Assembly: GCA_963727775.1 (NCBI GenBank)
Contig: CAVSHB010000001.1
Coordinates: 864,001 to 928,000, forward strand
Direction: 5' to 3'
DNA from: an uncultured Nitrospiraceae bacterium
GTDB taxonomy: Bacteria; Nitrospirota; Thermodesulfovibrionia; Thermodesulfovibrionales; SM23-35
DNA: 64,000 nucleotides
A model generated the notes under the pieces. The model was not told where the DNA came from. It did not search any database and saw only the letters and a program-made list of their open reading frames with translations. The position numbers and the translations under genes were made by a program. Positions 10,480 to 20,570 of the stretch are shown here, one piece after another; position 1 is the first letter of the stretch; each line of letters begins with the position of its first letter.

Positions 10480-11475
10480 ATGTCCGAACTTAGAAAGGAT
10501 CCGATATCTGGACGCTGGGTTATTATTTCCGTTGAGAGGGGAAAAAGACCTACGGATTTTGCTTCTCCTTCGCAGAGGAAAAGGGGAGGTTTTTGTCCGT
10601 TCTGTCCCGGTAACGAATATACTACGCCGGCAGAGATAATGGCATTCAGACCGTCCGGAACGAAGCCTAATTCTCCAGGGTGGACGCTGAGGGGTATGCC
10701 TAACAAGTTCCCCGCGCTTCAGATCGGCGGCGACCTCGGCAAATCAGGAGAGGGCATCTTCGATAAGATGAACGGTATAGGCGCCCATGAAGTTATTGTG
10801 GAGACCCCCGACCACATGCAGTCCCTTTCTACTATGCCGTTAAAATCGGTAGAAGACGCTTTATGGGCTTATTATCTGAGGCTATCGGATTTAAGAAAGG
10901 ACCGGCGCTTTAAGTATGTATTGATATTCAAGAATGAAGGAGAAGCGGCGGGCGCTTCGCTTGAGCATTCCCATACCCAATTGATTGCGCTCCCGATTAT
11001 ACCAAAATTGGTAAAAGAGGAGACGGACTCCGCCAAGCGTTATTATGATTTAAAGGAGAGATGTATATTCTGCGACGTTATTAGCCAGGAGCTCGAATCG
11101 AGGAAAAGGATAATCTACGAAAATGCCAGGTATGTGGCCCTTGCTCCTTTTGCTCCGAGTGCGCCTTTTGAAACATGGATATTGCCGAAGGAGCATGAAT
11201 CAAGTTTCTCTCCCCAGGACAACAATTTTTCACAACTGGCTGAAATACTTCAGATGGTTCTAAAACAGATTGACAGGATACTTGATATCCCTCCATATAA
11301 TTTTGTTATACATACTTCGCCTTTCAGCGATGATGAAAACGATTATTACCACTGGCATCTTGAACTTGTCCCTAAGCTCACAAAGATAGCGGGTTTTGAG
11401 TGGGGCTCGGGGTTCTATATCAATCCTACCCCTCCGGAGGAATCGGCCAAATTTATGAGGGAGGCAAAGCTTTGA
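10480..11475 (+). CDS. galT: Galactose-1-phosphate uridylyltransferase family
   Basis: SELRKDP, CPFCPGNE, GASLEHSHTQ, HWHLE; purine-rich RBS before ATG 10480. Confidence 0.92.
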   Translation: MSELRKDPISGRWVIISVERGKRPTDFASPSQRKRGGFCPFCPGNEYTTPAEIMAFRPSGTKPNSPGWTLRGMPNKFPALQIGGDLGKSGEGIFDKMNGIGAHEVIVETPDHMQSLSTMPLKSVEDALWAYYLRLSDLRKDRRFKYVLIFKNEGEAAGASLEHSHTQLIALPIIPKLVKEETDSAKRYYDLKERCIFCDVISQELESRKRIIYENARYVALAPFAPSAPFETWILPKEHESSFSPQDNNFSQLAEILQMVLKQIDRILDIPPYNFVIHTSPFSDDENDYYHWHLELVPKLTKIAGFEWGSGFYINPTPPEESAKFMREAKL

Positions 11476-12935
11476 AGATACTGATAGCTTCACCGGAGGC
11501 TGTCCCGTATATAAAGACCGGCGGCCTTGCGGACGTTGCAGGAGCTCTCTGCAAGGAATACCGGAGGATGAAACAAGATGCGCGCATTATCCTTCCCCTA
11601 TATAAAAAGATAAGGGACAGTAGTCCTTCACTCCGGGATACGGGGATTAAGATAGACGTCCCTGTAGGAGACAGGCATATCGAGGGCAGGATATTCAGTG
11701 ATCAATCATCGAACTATTTTATCGGGTGCGATGAATTTTTTGACAGAGAGGAAATCTATGGCACGCCGGAAGGAGATTTTGCGGATAATGCGGCAAGATT
11801 CATTTTTTTCTCAAGAGGGATTATTGAGGTATGCAAGTCCCTTAACTTTAAACCTGACATAATCCATTGTAATGACTGGCAAACAGGCTTGGTTCCGCTC
11901 TACCTGAAGACGATATATAAAGACGATAAATTCTTTAAAAAAACGGCGACCTTACTGACGATACACAACCTGGGATACCAGGGGTTGTTCCCTGCATCGG
12001 ACATGTACCTGACAAATCTCGGATGGGAGCTTTTCACGCCCGACGGTATAGAGTTTTACGGTAATATGAACTTCCTGAAAGCGGGGATTATCTCGGCTGA
12101 TGCGCTCAGCACCGTCAGTGACACGTATGCAAAGGAAATCCTCGATGGAGAGTTCGGGTTCGGTCTTGACGGTGTGTTGAGAAACAGAGAGAAGGACCTT
12201 TACGGTGTGATAAACGGAATAGATTATGAAGAATGGGACCCCTCGGAAGACAGGCTTTTGCCGGCATATTATACTTATAAAGATTTACCGGGAAAGGCGG
12301 CCTGTAAAAGGGAGCTGTTAAAAACATTGTTTCAGAAATCGGACATCCGTGTTTCAGAACGTGCTCCGGTGATCGGGATGGTCGGAAGACTGTCGGAGCA
12401 GAAAGGGCTGGACCTTGTTATCCTGTCTGTCCAGGAGTTGTCGTCTTTCGGCGTAAAGCTTGTTATTCTCGGGAAAGGCAACGAAAAATACCATGTTGCA
12501 TTTTCCGAGATTGCGAAAAAATATCCCGGCATGATCTCCGTTACAATCGGGTTTAATGACCGGCTTGCGCACAGGATATATGCCGGATCCGACTTCTTTC
12601 TCATGCCCTCAAAATATGAGCCGTGCGGACTAGGACAGCTTATATCTCAGAGATACGGCAGCATCCCCATAACAAGAAAGACAGGCGGACTCGCGGACAC
12701 AGTTCGGGATTATAACCCTCTGGTTCTAAAAGGGACAGGGTTCCTTTTTTCCGATTACACACCTTCCGCGATGCAGGATGCCCTGAAGAGGGCCTTTTGC
12801 GTTTATACAGACAGGGATAAAATGAATAAAATGATCAGAGACGGAATGAAGGCTGATTTCTCCTGGAAAAGATCTGCTGAAAGATATATTGAATTATACG
12901 GCAATGCGCTGAACAAAAGAAAAATTAAAAGGTAG
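11472..12935 (+). CDS. glgA: Glycogen synthase
   Basis: KTGGLADV, HCNDWQTG, PSKYEPCGL, TGGLADTV; TTG start overlapping the galT stop. Confidence 0.95.
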   Translation: MKILIASPEAVPYIKTGGLADVAGALCKEYRRMKQDARIILPLYKKIRDSSPSLRDTGIKIDVPVGDRHIEGRIFSDQSSNYFIGCDEFFDREEIYGTPEGDFADNAARFIFFSRGIIEVCKSLNFKPDIIHCNDWQTGLVPLYLKTIYKDDKFFKKTATLLTIHNLGYQGLFPASDMYLTNLGWELFTPDGIEFYGNMNFLKAGIISADALSTVSDTYAKEILDGEFGFGLDGVLRNREKDLYGVINGIDYEEWDPSEDRLLPAYYTYKDLPGKAACKRELLKTLFQKSDIRVSERAPVIGMVGRLSEQKGLDLVILSVQELSSFGVKLVILGKGNEKYHVAFSEIAKKYPGMISVTIGFNDRLAHRIYAGSDFFLMPSKYEPCGLGQLISQRYGSIPITRKTGGLADTVRDYNPLVLKGTGFLFSDYTPSAMQDALKRAFCVYTDRDKMNKMIRDGMKADFSWKRSAERYIELYGNALNKRKIKR

Positions 12936-15406
12936 TGCTTGTGGACATAACAGATAAAGAGAAATTTACAGAAGTCATCTTCGAAAACAGCCGTGACGGG
13001 ATTATAATGCTCGACAGAAATTACAGGATACTTGCCGTCAACAATTCTATAGTGAAGTGGACAGAAAAACCTGCCTCCGAACTTATCAATAAAGACTGCG
13101 TAGAAATATTTCATGACAAAGGCCGGGTATGTCCTCATTGCGCGGCTAAGACGGCATTCGAAACAGGCGAAGTAAATATCGTGACCCAAAAAATACATAT
13201 CGAGGAAAGTACATATTATGCCGAACTTTCGGCGTATCCGGTGCGCGGCAAAGGCGGTGAGATAGCTGAAAGCATCGTGTTTATTCAGGATGTGTCCGAG
13301 AGGATGCTCTGCCATGATGAGGTGTTAAAGCTTTACAATGAGGTCACCCATACTAAGGAGTATCTTGAGAGCATAATCAATAATTCGGCGGATGCGATAG
13401 TTACTTCCGATCTGGATGGCGTTGTTACTTCATGGAACATGGGCGCAGAGAGAATATACGGGTTTTCGAAAGAAGAGGTGATTGGGAAGGTATTGCCGGT
13501 TCTCCCTGATTTTATTATAGACCTTGAGCGGGATTATACCCACAGGATAAGAAATGGAGAGGTGCTTAAAAGGATCGAGACTTTCAGAAACAGGAAGGAC
13601 GGTACGATCATATCCGTAAGCCTTACATTGTCTCCGATCAAAAACTCTGAGGGAGAGGTGATAGGCGTCAGCGGTATTTCCAGAGACATATCGGAAAAGA
13701 AAAACGTCGAGAAAGAGCTGGTCAGAAGGAACCAGGAACTTTCTAGGCTTTTTTTCATAAGTTCAGCAATGAGGGGGACACTCGAACTCGACAGGCTATT
13801 GAGAATGGTTCTCACTGCGGTCACCATGGGCGACGGCCTCGGTTTTAACCGGGCGATCCTCTTTTTAATTAATGACGAAAAAAATGTATTAAAAGGCGCG
13901 ATGGGAGTAGGGCCGGGCAGCTATGAGGAGGCATTTCATATCTGGGACAGGCTTTCCCTTGAGAAGAAGACATTGCCCGATATCATGCAGGAGATAGAAG
14001 TCGGCCCTTCAAAAAAGGACTCTTTTTTTGACAGGCTGAGTCAAGGGATAGAGATACCCTTAACAGAAGAAACGGTCCTCACAAGAGCCGTGAAAGAGAA
14101 AAAGATGTTCAACGTCGAAGATGCCGGGAAAGGGCATTTATCGGACGCGGTGCTTATCCAGCAATTGGGGACAACTGCGTACGCTGTTGTGCCCTTAATA
14201 TCGCGTGATAAGATAATAGGGGTCTTATGGGTCGACAACTATTTTAACAAAAGACCTGTTACTGAAGAAGATTTAAGGTTTTTAACGGCCTTTTCGAACC
14301 ATGTCGCATCGGCCATAGAGAGCGCAAGGCTCTTCGAGCAGGTCAGGCTTACCGAGCAGGAGCTTGAGAATATATTTGAGTCGATATCCGACATGGTCTA
14401 CTTTGTCACCGAGGATTATGTCCTTAAGAACATCAATAAAGCCGTGAGCAAGAGATTGGGAAAACCTCCCGAGGAGATAATAGGAAAGAAATGTTACGAA
14501 ATGTTTCACGGTACAAGCGGGCCGTGGAGAGAATGCCCGCACCAGAAAGCTGTTGAGGCCAGAGAGGCGTTTGTGGAAGAGGTCGAGGACCCCTATCTTG
14601 GCGGAACGTTCATTACTTCAAGCTCGCCGATTTTTGATACAGCCGGAGAATTTATCGGTACCGTGAATATTGTCAGTGATATAACGGAGCTTAAAAACCT
14701 CCGTGAAAGGGTCATTAAAACAGAGAGAATGGCGGCTTTGGGAGAGGTCGCGGCGAGGGTGGCGCATGAGATAAGGAACCCATTGGTCTCTCTCGGCGGG
14801 TTCGCGAGGAGGCTCGAAAAGAAGCTGGACGGTAGTTTGAAGGAATATGCGGACATAATTTCACGAGAGGTGGAAAGGCTTGAGGACATACTGAATGAGA
14901 TACTGAGTTTTGTAAAGGAGTCAAGGATCAAAAAAGAAATTGTTAATTCCGTTAATATCATCGAAGAGGTTATCGCCCTGTGCGGGTTCGAGTGTGAAGA
15001 AAAAAATATCTCTCTTGTCAAAGAATTTGCGGCGCCCGTCGAGATATTCGTAGACCCTAACAGAATTAAAGATGCCTTGCTAAATATATTAAAAAATGCA
15101 ATCCAGGCTGTCGGCGGCAACGGGACTGTTGCTATTAAAACATATATCACAGATCATGCATGTGTATTCGAGATAAGAGATACAGGAGCGGGTATCACTG
15201 AGGAAGATATGCAGTTCATTTTCGATCCGTTTTTTACTACGAAGAAAGCGGGCGGCACCGGACTCGGTCTTACTATTACTCACAGGATTGTCGAAGAACA
15301 CGAAGGAAGTATCGAGGTGGAAAGCAAGCCTGGAGAAGGCAGTATATTCAGGGTATTAATACCGTTAATAATGCAAAGCGAGAAATCAAAGGGAGGAATT
15401 ATATGA
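12935..15406 (+). CDS. PAS/GAF sensor histidine kinase
   Basis: Three PAS, a GAF, H-box VAHEIRNPL, DTGAGI, FFTTK, GTGLGL. Confidence 0.93.
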   Translation: MLVDITDKEKFTEVIFENSRDGIIMLDRNYRILAVNNSIVKWTEKPASELINKDCVEIFHDKGRVCPHCAAKTAFETGEVNIVTQKIHIEESTYYAELSAYPVRGKGGEIAESIVFIQDVSERMLCHDEVLKLYNEVTHTKEYLESIINNSADAIVTSDLDGVVTSWNMGAERIYGFSKEEVIGKVLPVLPDFIIDLERDYTHRIRNGEVLKRIETFRNRKDGTIISVSLTLSPIKNSEGEVIGVSGISRDISEKKNVEKELVRRNQELSRLFFISSAMRGTLELDRLLRMVLTAVTMGDGLGFNRAILFLINDEKNVLKGAMGVGPGSYEEAFHIWDRLSLEKKTLPDIMQEIEVGPSKKDSFFDRLSQGIEIPLTEETVLTRAVKEKKMFNVEDAGKGHLSDAVLIQQLGTTAYAVVPLISRDKIIGVLWVDNYFNKRPVTEEDLRFLTAFSNHVASAIESARLFEQVRLTEQELENIFESISDMVYFVTEDYVLKNINKAVSKRLGKPPEEIIGKKCYEMFHGTSGPWRECPHQKAVEAREAFVEEVEDPYLGGTFITSSSPIFDTAGEFIGTVNIVSDITELKNLRERVIKTERMAALGEVAARVAHEIRNPLVSLGGFARRLEKKLDGSLKEYADIISREVERLEDILNEILSFVKESRIKKEIVNSVNIIEEVIALCGFECEEKNISLVKEFAAPVEIFVDPNRIKDALLNILKNAIQAVGGNGTVAIKTYITDHACVFEIRDTGAGITEEDMQFIFDPFFTTKKAGGTGLGLTITHRIVEEHEGSIEVESKPGEGSIFRVLIPLIMQSEKSKGGII

Positions 15407-15750
15407 AAATACTTGTGGTTGACGACGATCAGCACATACAAAGGCTTTATAAAGAAGAGTTTGAAGACGAAGGCTACGAAGTGGTCGTGGCATCCAACGG
15501 GCAGGAAGCTATGGAACTTTTCGATAAGGAAAACCCTGATATCGTTACCCTCGATATCCTGCTGCCCGACGTTGACGGTATTCGTATTCTGAGACAGATG
15601 AAGGAAAAGAACCCCAAAATCCCCATTATCATGTCCACCGCCTACGATTACAGGGATGACTTTGCCGTATGGGCCTCGGAAGCATATATTGTCAAGTCGT
15701 CGGATCTCGAAGAATTGAAAGCCATGATAAAGAAGCTGCTCAGCAAGTAA
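15403..15750 (+). CDS. Single-domain response regulator
   Basis: ILVVDDD, TLDILLP, MSTAY, YIVKS. Confidence 0.93.
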   Translation: MKILVVDDDQHIQRLYKEEFEDEGYEVVVASNGQEAMELFDKENPDIVTLDILLPDVDGIRILRQMKEKNPKIPIIMSTAYDYRDDFAVWASEAYIVKSSDLEELKAMIKKLLSK

Positions 15751-15752
15751 TA

Positions 15753-17675
15753 ATGACGCGCAACATCTACCTTGACAGTGTCCCCTTGCATGACGCGCTG
15801 GCAAAGTGGCTTGCAAAGCTTGAACATGAAGGCCTATTAAGTCCGCTTTCAGGAGAAACAGTCAGGATCACGGATTCATTGGGAAGGGTTACTGCTGAAG
15901 CTGTAACCGCAAGGATTTCCTCCCCTTTTTATCACTCATCAGCAATGGACGGTTATGCTGTTCGGTTTGTCGATACTTTCGGCGCTGCGGAAAGAACCCC
16001 CAAGAGACTCAAGACGGGAGAACGAGCAATCTATGTTGATACAGGCGATCCATTGCCTGATGGGTTTAATGCAGTAATTATGATTGAAGATGTTAATGTC
16101 ATAGATGAATATATTGAAATCATTTCTTCTGCAACACCGTGGCAGCATGTGAGGGTGATCGGAGAAGATATCGTATCTACTGAATTGATATTACCCGAAA
16201 ATCAGAAGATAAGACCTGTTGATATGGGCGTAATGCTTGCAGGCGGGCATACAGAGGTAATGGTCAGGAGAAGACCGAGAGTAGTCATTATCCCCACTGG
16301 TAGTGAAATTGTGGAGCCCGGATCTGATTTGAAGAAAGGCGATATTATCGAATATAACTCAAGGGTCCTCGGAAGTCTTGTTTCAGAATGGGGAGGCGAT
16401 CCTATTAGATTCAGCATTATCCCTGACAACCCTGAGGAATTGAAAAAGGCGATACTCATTGCGCATGATACAGGAGATTTAGTGGTAGTCAATGCGGGCG
16501 CATCCGCGGGATCAGAGGATTTCACAGCTAAGGTTATACAGGAACTTGGCGAGATAGTGCTGCATGGTGTAAATATAAAGCCGGGCAAGCCCGTTATCCT
16601 CGGTTGGGTTAAGGGAAAGCCTGTCCTTGGTATCCCGGGATATCCCGTATCTGCCTATCTGACCTTTATCTTATTCGCAAAACAACTTATTTATAAATGG
16701 CAGGGGCTTGAATCCGAAGGGCCTGAGATTTTAAAGGCAAAGATTTCGAGACAGGTCGCATCCGCCCTCGGGCAGGAAGAATTCCTTAGGGTTAAGGTAG
16801 GAAAGGTCGGCGATAATTTCGTTGCGACACCTGTCAGCCGGGGAGCAGGTCTTTTGATGTCATTAGTAAGGGCTGATGGATTTGTCAGAATCCCTGCCAT
16901 GTCCGAAGGCATCGGAGCCGGCTCTGAAATAGATGTGGAGCTGATGAGGTCCAAAAACGATATTGAACACACTATTGTCTGCATCGGAAGCCACGACAAT
17001 GCGCTTGATCTGCTCGCAAATATCCTTAAGAAAAGATTTCCGAACCTTTCTCTGTCATCGGCCCACGTGGGGTCGATGGGCGGACTGATGGCGTTGAGAA
17101 AGGGAGAGGCGCATATGGCTGGAACGCACCTGCTTGATGAGGAGACCGGCGAGTACAACACGCCTTTCATAAAAAAATTACTTCCTTCCAATAGGCTTCT
17201 CCTTATAAATCTGGTCTACAGGGAACAGGGACTTCTTGTGCGTAAGGGCAATCCGAAAAATATAAACGGATTTAAGGACCTGACGAGAAATGATGTGGTT
17301 TTTGTCAACAGGCAGTCAGGCGCGGGTACGAGGCTTCTCACGGACAAATGCTTGAGAGAACTCGGCATATCACCTGTTGATGTCAAAGGGTATGAGAGAG
17401 AGGAATATACTCATATGGGTGTTGCCTCTGCGGTGCTTACAGGGGTGGCTGATACCGGGCTTGCCATCCTTGCGTCTGCAAGGGCTCTCGATATAGATTT
17501 TATCCCTGTTGCAAAAGAAAGGTATGACCTTGCAATACCCCGCGACTTCCTTGAAACAGACATGCTCCGGCGTCTCCTGAGCATTATCAGAGAGGACATT
17601 GAATTCAGGGAAACGGTAAAAGGACTTGGAGGGTACGATGTTTCAGAAATGGGAAAGGTTATGTACGAAAGTTGA
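15753..17675 (+). CDS. moeA: Molybdopterin molybdotransferase MoeA fused to a PBP-type domain
   Basis: SAMDGYAV, IKPGKP, GYPVSA; C-terminal GSHD, NRQSGAGTR, ERYDL. Confidence 0.9.
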   Translation: MTRNIYLDSVPLHDALAKWLAKLEHEGLLSPLSGETVRITDSLGRVTAEAVTARISSPFYHSSAMDGYAVRFVDTFGAAERTPKRLKTGERAIYVDTGDPLPDGFNAVIMIEDVNVIDEYIEIISSATPWQHVRVIGEDIVSTELILPENQKIRPVDMGVMLAGGHTEVMVRRRPRVVIIPTGSEIVEPGSDLKKGDIIEYNSRVLGSLVSEWGGDPIRFSIIPDNPEELKKAILIAHDTGDLVVVNAGASAGSEDFTAKVIQELGEIVLHGVNIKPGKPVILGWVKGKPVLGIPGYPVSAYLTFILFAKQLIYKWQGLESEGPEILKAKISRQVASALGQEEFLRVKVGKVGDNFVATPVSRGAGLLMSLVRADGFVRIPAMSEGIGAGSEIDVELMRSKNDIEHTIVCIGSHDNALDLLANILKKRFPNLSLSSAHVGSMGGLMALRKGEAHMAGTHLLDEETGEYNTPFIKKLLPSNRLLLINLVYREQGLLVRKGNPKNINGFKDLTRNDVVFVNRQSGAGTRLLTDKCLRELGISPVDVKGYEREEYTHMGVASAVLTGVADTGLAILASARALDIDFIPVAKERYDLAIPRDFLETDMLRRLLSIIREDIEFRETVKGLGGYDVSEMGKVMYES

Positions 17676-18788
17676 TCATCCCTCTTTCTGAGAATCTTCT
17701 TGAACGTCTTTAAGTTCGATAAATCTTTTGGCCCCGATAAACCTTTTGAAATAGTATGGCGTTTCGAGGCTGTCTATAGTGACTTTTCTGCTCCTTGATG
17801 AAGCATGTATAAAAAGGTTGTTCCCGAGGTAAATGCCCACGTGAGATGGAAAGGCCGCATATGTTTTGAAGAATACGAGATCGCCGGTAGAAAGCTCTTT
17901 TCCGTCAACAGGCATTCCTTCCCGGAATTGCTCTCTCGCGGAGCGGGGAAGGTTTACACCTATAAGGCTGTAAACTTTCTTAACATAAGCGGAACAATCA
18001 ATGCCTAAAAGACTGTTTCCGCCGAATCTGTACGGAATATCCAACATCTTTTTTGCAAACAGAATAAGTCTTTCTTGCATGCCTTTATCATTTAGATCAG
18101 TAGATATCGCTATATTTTCCGGACTATTTTCATTATGTCCCTGCGACAGGATTGCCTCATAGTTTTTCGGGTCGTCTTTTTCCGGTTCAGGCTCCAGTAG
18201 TATTTTTTGGCCCGGTTTCAGGACGTCTGTTTCGAGACTGTTAATCTCCCTGATCTCATCCACATCGACCGCGAACTTTTTTGCAATCTGGAAAATGTTG
18301 TCTCCCTTTTTTACTGTATAGGTTTTAGTGTCGACAGGTCCTAATCTTTTCACGATGAGCTGTTGACCGGGTTTCAGTTTATTTGTTTTTATGTTATTGA
18401 TCTCTTTAAGTTCGCTTACAGATAGCGAATATTTTCTGGACAATGAAGATAAGGTGTCTCCCTTTTTTATCATATGGACGGAAGGATCTCCAGTATTTCC
18501 AGTTGTCCTGGCAAAACTGTGTGCGCCAATCCTGTCATGTTTTTTTGCGAGCTTGTTTTTACGGCTATCTTTTTGTTTTGACGGAATACTTATCACGGCG
18601 CCGGGTTTAAGACTGTGGGGCTTCAGATTATTGGCTTTGATGATATTCTGCGGACTGACCTTGAATTTTTTTGCGATAGTATAAGGGTTGTCTCCTTTAT
18701 GAACTTTGTATGTCGTGTCGGCATAGACATTACATGATAAAAAAAATATAAATACAAAGTTAGCAATAAGAAAATAAAAACTTCTCAT
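17676..18788 (-). CDS. LysM x3 + NlpC/P60 peptidoglycan endopeptidase
   Basis: Three Y/H-x-V/I-x-KGD LysM repeats; GIDCSAY, SHVGIY, FIHAS. Confidence 0.93.
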   Translation of the reverse strand: MRSFYFLIANFVFIFFLSCNVYADTTYKVHKGDNPYTIAKKFKVSPQNIIKANNLKPHSLKPGAVISIPSKQKDSRKNKLAKKHDRIGAHSFARTTGNTGDPSVHMIKKGDTLSSLSRKYSLSVSELKEINNIKTNKLKPGQQLIVKRLGPVDTKTYTVKKGDNIFQIAKKFAVDVDEIREINSLETDVLKPGQKILLEPEPEKDDPKNYEAILSQGHNENSPENIAISTDLNDKGMQERLILFAKKMLDIPYRFGGNSLLGIDCSAYVKKVYSLIGVNLPRSAREQFREGMPVDGKELSTGDLVFFKTYAAFPSHVGIYLGNNLFIHASSRSRKVTIDSLETPYYFKRFIGAKRFIELKDVQEDSQKEG

Positions 18789-18804
18789 AAGCCACCTCCG
18801 TTAA

Positions 18805-19338
18805 TCATGCCGCCTCTTCACGTATCAAATCTTTCAGAGTAGGCAATTCTGTAAGGTCCTTTAACCCGAAATATTGTAAAAATTCTCTTGTCGTTCCGTA
18901 AAGAAAAGGCCTGCCGGGCGCTTCTTTACGGCCCATTATCTTTATAAGCCTTTTTTCATAAAGAGTTTTTATCGCGCTGTCTGAATTAACGCCCCTGATC
19001 TGTTCTACCTCCGCCCTGATTATGGGTTGTTTATATGCTATTATCGCAAGGGTTTCGAGGGCAGGCATTGAAAGTCTGCTCGCGGTATTTGAACTTCTGA
19101 ATTTTTTTATCCATTCAGCATGGAAGGGATTTGTAACCATCTGGTAACCACCGGCAACCTCGACGATAAGCAAACCGGAATCCCGTCCCGTATACTCTTC
19201 TATTAAGTCTCCCATTAGTCTCTTAATTTCAGGTTCGGGAATTTCCGTTATATCTTTTAATGAAACGGAAGTCAAGACTTCCCCTGAAAGAAAAAGAAAA
19301 GCTTCAAGAACAGACTTTATTTCTCTGTCTTCGATCAT
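18805..19338 (-). CDS. scpB: SMC-ScpAB subunit ScpB
   Basis: LETLAIIAYKQP, IRGVNS, PGRPFLYGTTREFL. Confidence 0.95.
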   Translation of the reverse strand: MIEDREIKSVLEAFLFLSGEVLTSVSLKDITEIPEPEIKRLMGDLIEEYTGRDSGLLIVEVAGGYQMVTNPFHAEWIKKFRSSNTASRLSMPALETLAIIAYKQPIIRAEVEQIRGVNSDSAIKTLYEKRLIKIMGRKEAPGRPFLYGTTREFLQYFGLKDLTELPTLKDLIREEAA

Positions 19339-19374
19339 AAGACGCTATAAACATATCAAAAACGACAGAAAATA

Positions 19375-19551
19375 TCAATTAATTTCTTCAATAAATTCTT
19401 CGCTGATGATTTCCACGGCCTGCTGTCTGACACTCTTTTTATCAAACCCTTTCTTCCCTTTTTTGGTGGACACGCGATGGTCTCTGAGCTTCAGTACTGC
19501 CTCCATCGGCAAGCGGGGTTTGAGTTCCTTCTTTTTTGTGCGTTTTTTCAT
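19375..19551 (-). CDS. Small basic protein (58 aa, below the ORF-track cutoff)
   Basis: Hand translation MKKRTKKKELKPRLPMEAVLKLRDHRVSTKKGKKGFDKKSVRQQAVEIISEEFIEEIN; co-oriented just upstream of scpB. Confidence 0.5.
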   Translation of the reverse strand: MKKRTKKKELKPRLPMEAVLKLRDHRVSTKKGKKGFDKKSVRQQAVEIISEEFIEEIN

Positions 19552-19653
19552 CCGGAAAAAATAGAAAATAAATTATTATAAAGCACGAAAAATTGTATCA
19601 TCTGCTAAATATATTTTTGTATTATAATATTATAGAAGTTTTTTTATGATTAA

Positions 19654-20330
19654 ATGAAACCGGAGGGGATTATGCGCCAAAGTGGGAACCGTTTGCGTTT
19701 GAGGGCTGAGAAGGCTGAAAAAGACAAGGACACTTATCTTGAGATTATTGATGATCTCTGCGATTCATACTGTAGACTTGAGGGTCTTTTTATGGGATTT
19801 GTGACTGAAATAACCAATGCCCTTGACGAGAGGATGCTGCTGATGAAAGGCCATTCCCAGAGCGTAGCGGCGTATTCATTGAAGATTGCGAAAGAGATGG
19901 GTTTGCGCGAGGAAGAAATAGAGAAGCTCCGCCTTGCTGCCCTGCTCCACGATATCGGTCACATAGTCATTTCCGACGAATATATAAATAAACCGGCGAG
20001 GCTGACCAATGAAGAGTTCGAATTTGTTAAGAAACATACCGTTAAGGGCGCATCGATCTTAAAAAGGATCAACCAATTGCAGGATATAGTCCCTCTGATT
20101 AAATACCACCATGAACGTATTGACGGAAACGGATATCCCGACGGACTCAGGGGAGAAGAAATTCCCATAGGCGCAAGGATACTCCATATAGCGGACTCGT
20201 TTGATTCAATGACCGCCGACAGGCCTTATAGGACGGCGCCGGGAAGGAATATGCCTTCATGGAAATTAAGAGGTGTAATAACACGCAGTTTGACCCTAAA
20301 GTTGCAAAGTTTGCGCTGAAGGTGTTGTGA
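19654..20330 (+). pseudogene. HD-GYP phosphodiesterase with a frameshift near the C-terminus (or a sequencing error)
   Basis: LLHDIG, HHERIDGNGYPDGL, DRPYR; the expected tail GKEYAFMEIKRCNNTQFDPKV continues in another frame from ~20242 to TGA 20330. Confidence 0.75.
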
Positions 20331-20467
20331 GCACCGCGTCGCAGCTTTGCCCGTCATGCTGATTCTGTTAAAACCATGCCTCAGGTATGATGGAAATAAA
20401 GACTGCTGCTGATGCATAGCTTTGCAGAAATCGACACGAGCCTTCGGCTCACAAAGGAGTATGAAAA

Positions 20468-20517
20468 TAACTCCCCCTCGCCCCCTCTTAGTTTAAGAGG
20501 GGGTTTGGGAGGCGTTA
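20468..20517. repeat. REP-like GC-rich palindrome
   Basis: TAAC...CCCCCTCTTA-GTT-TAAGAGGGGG...GTTA; related copy at 26206-26252. Confidence 0.65.
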
Positions 20518-20570
20518 ATTAAAATAAATAGAATCATTTTCGGGTCAATGTTATTGAAAGGTATTTTTAT

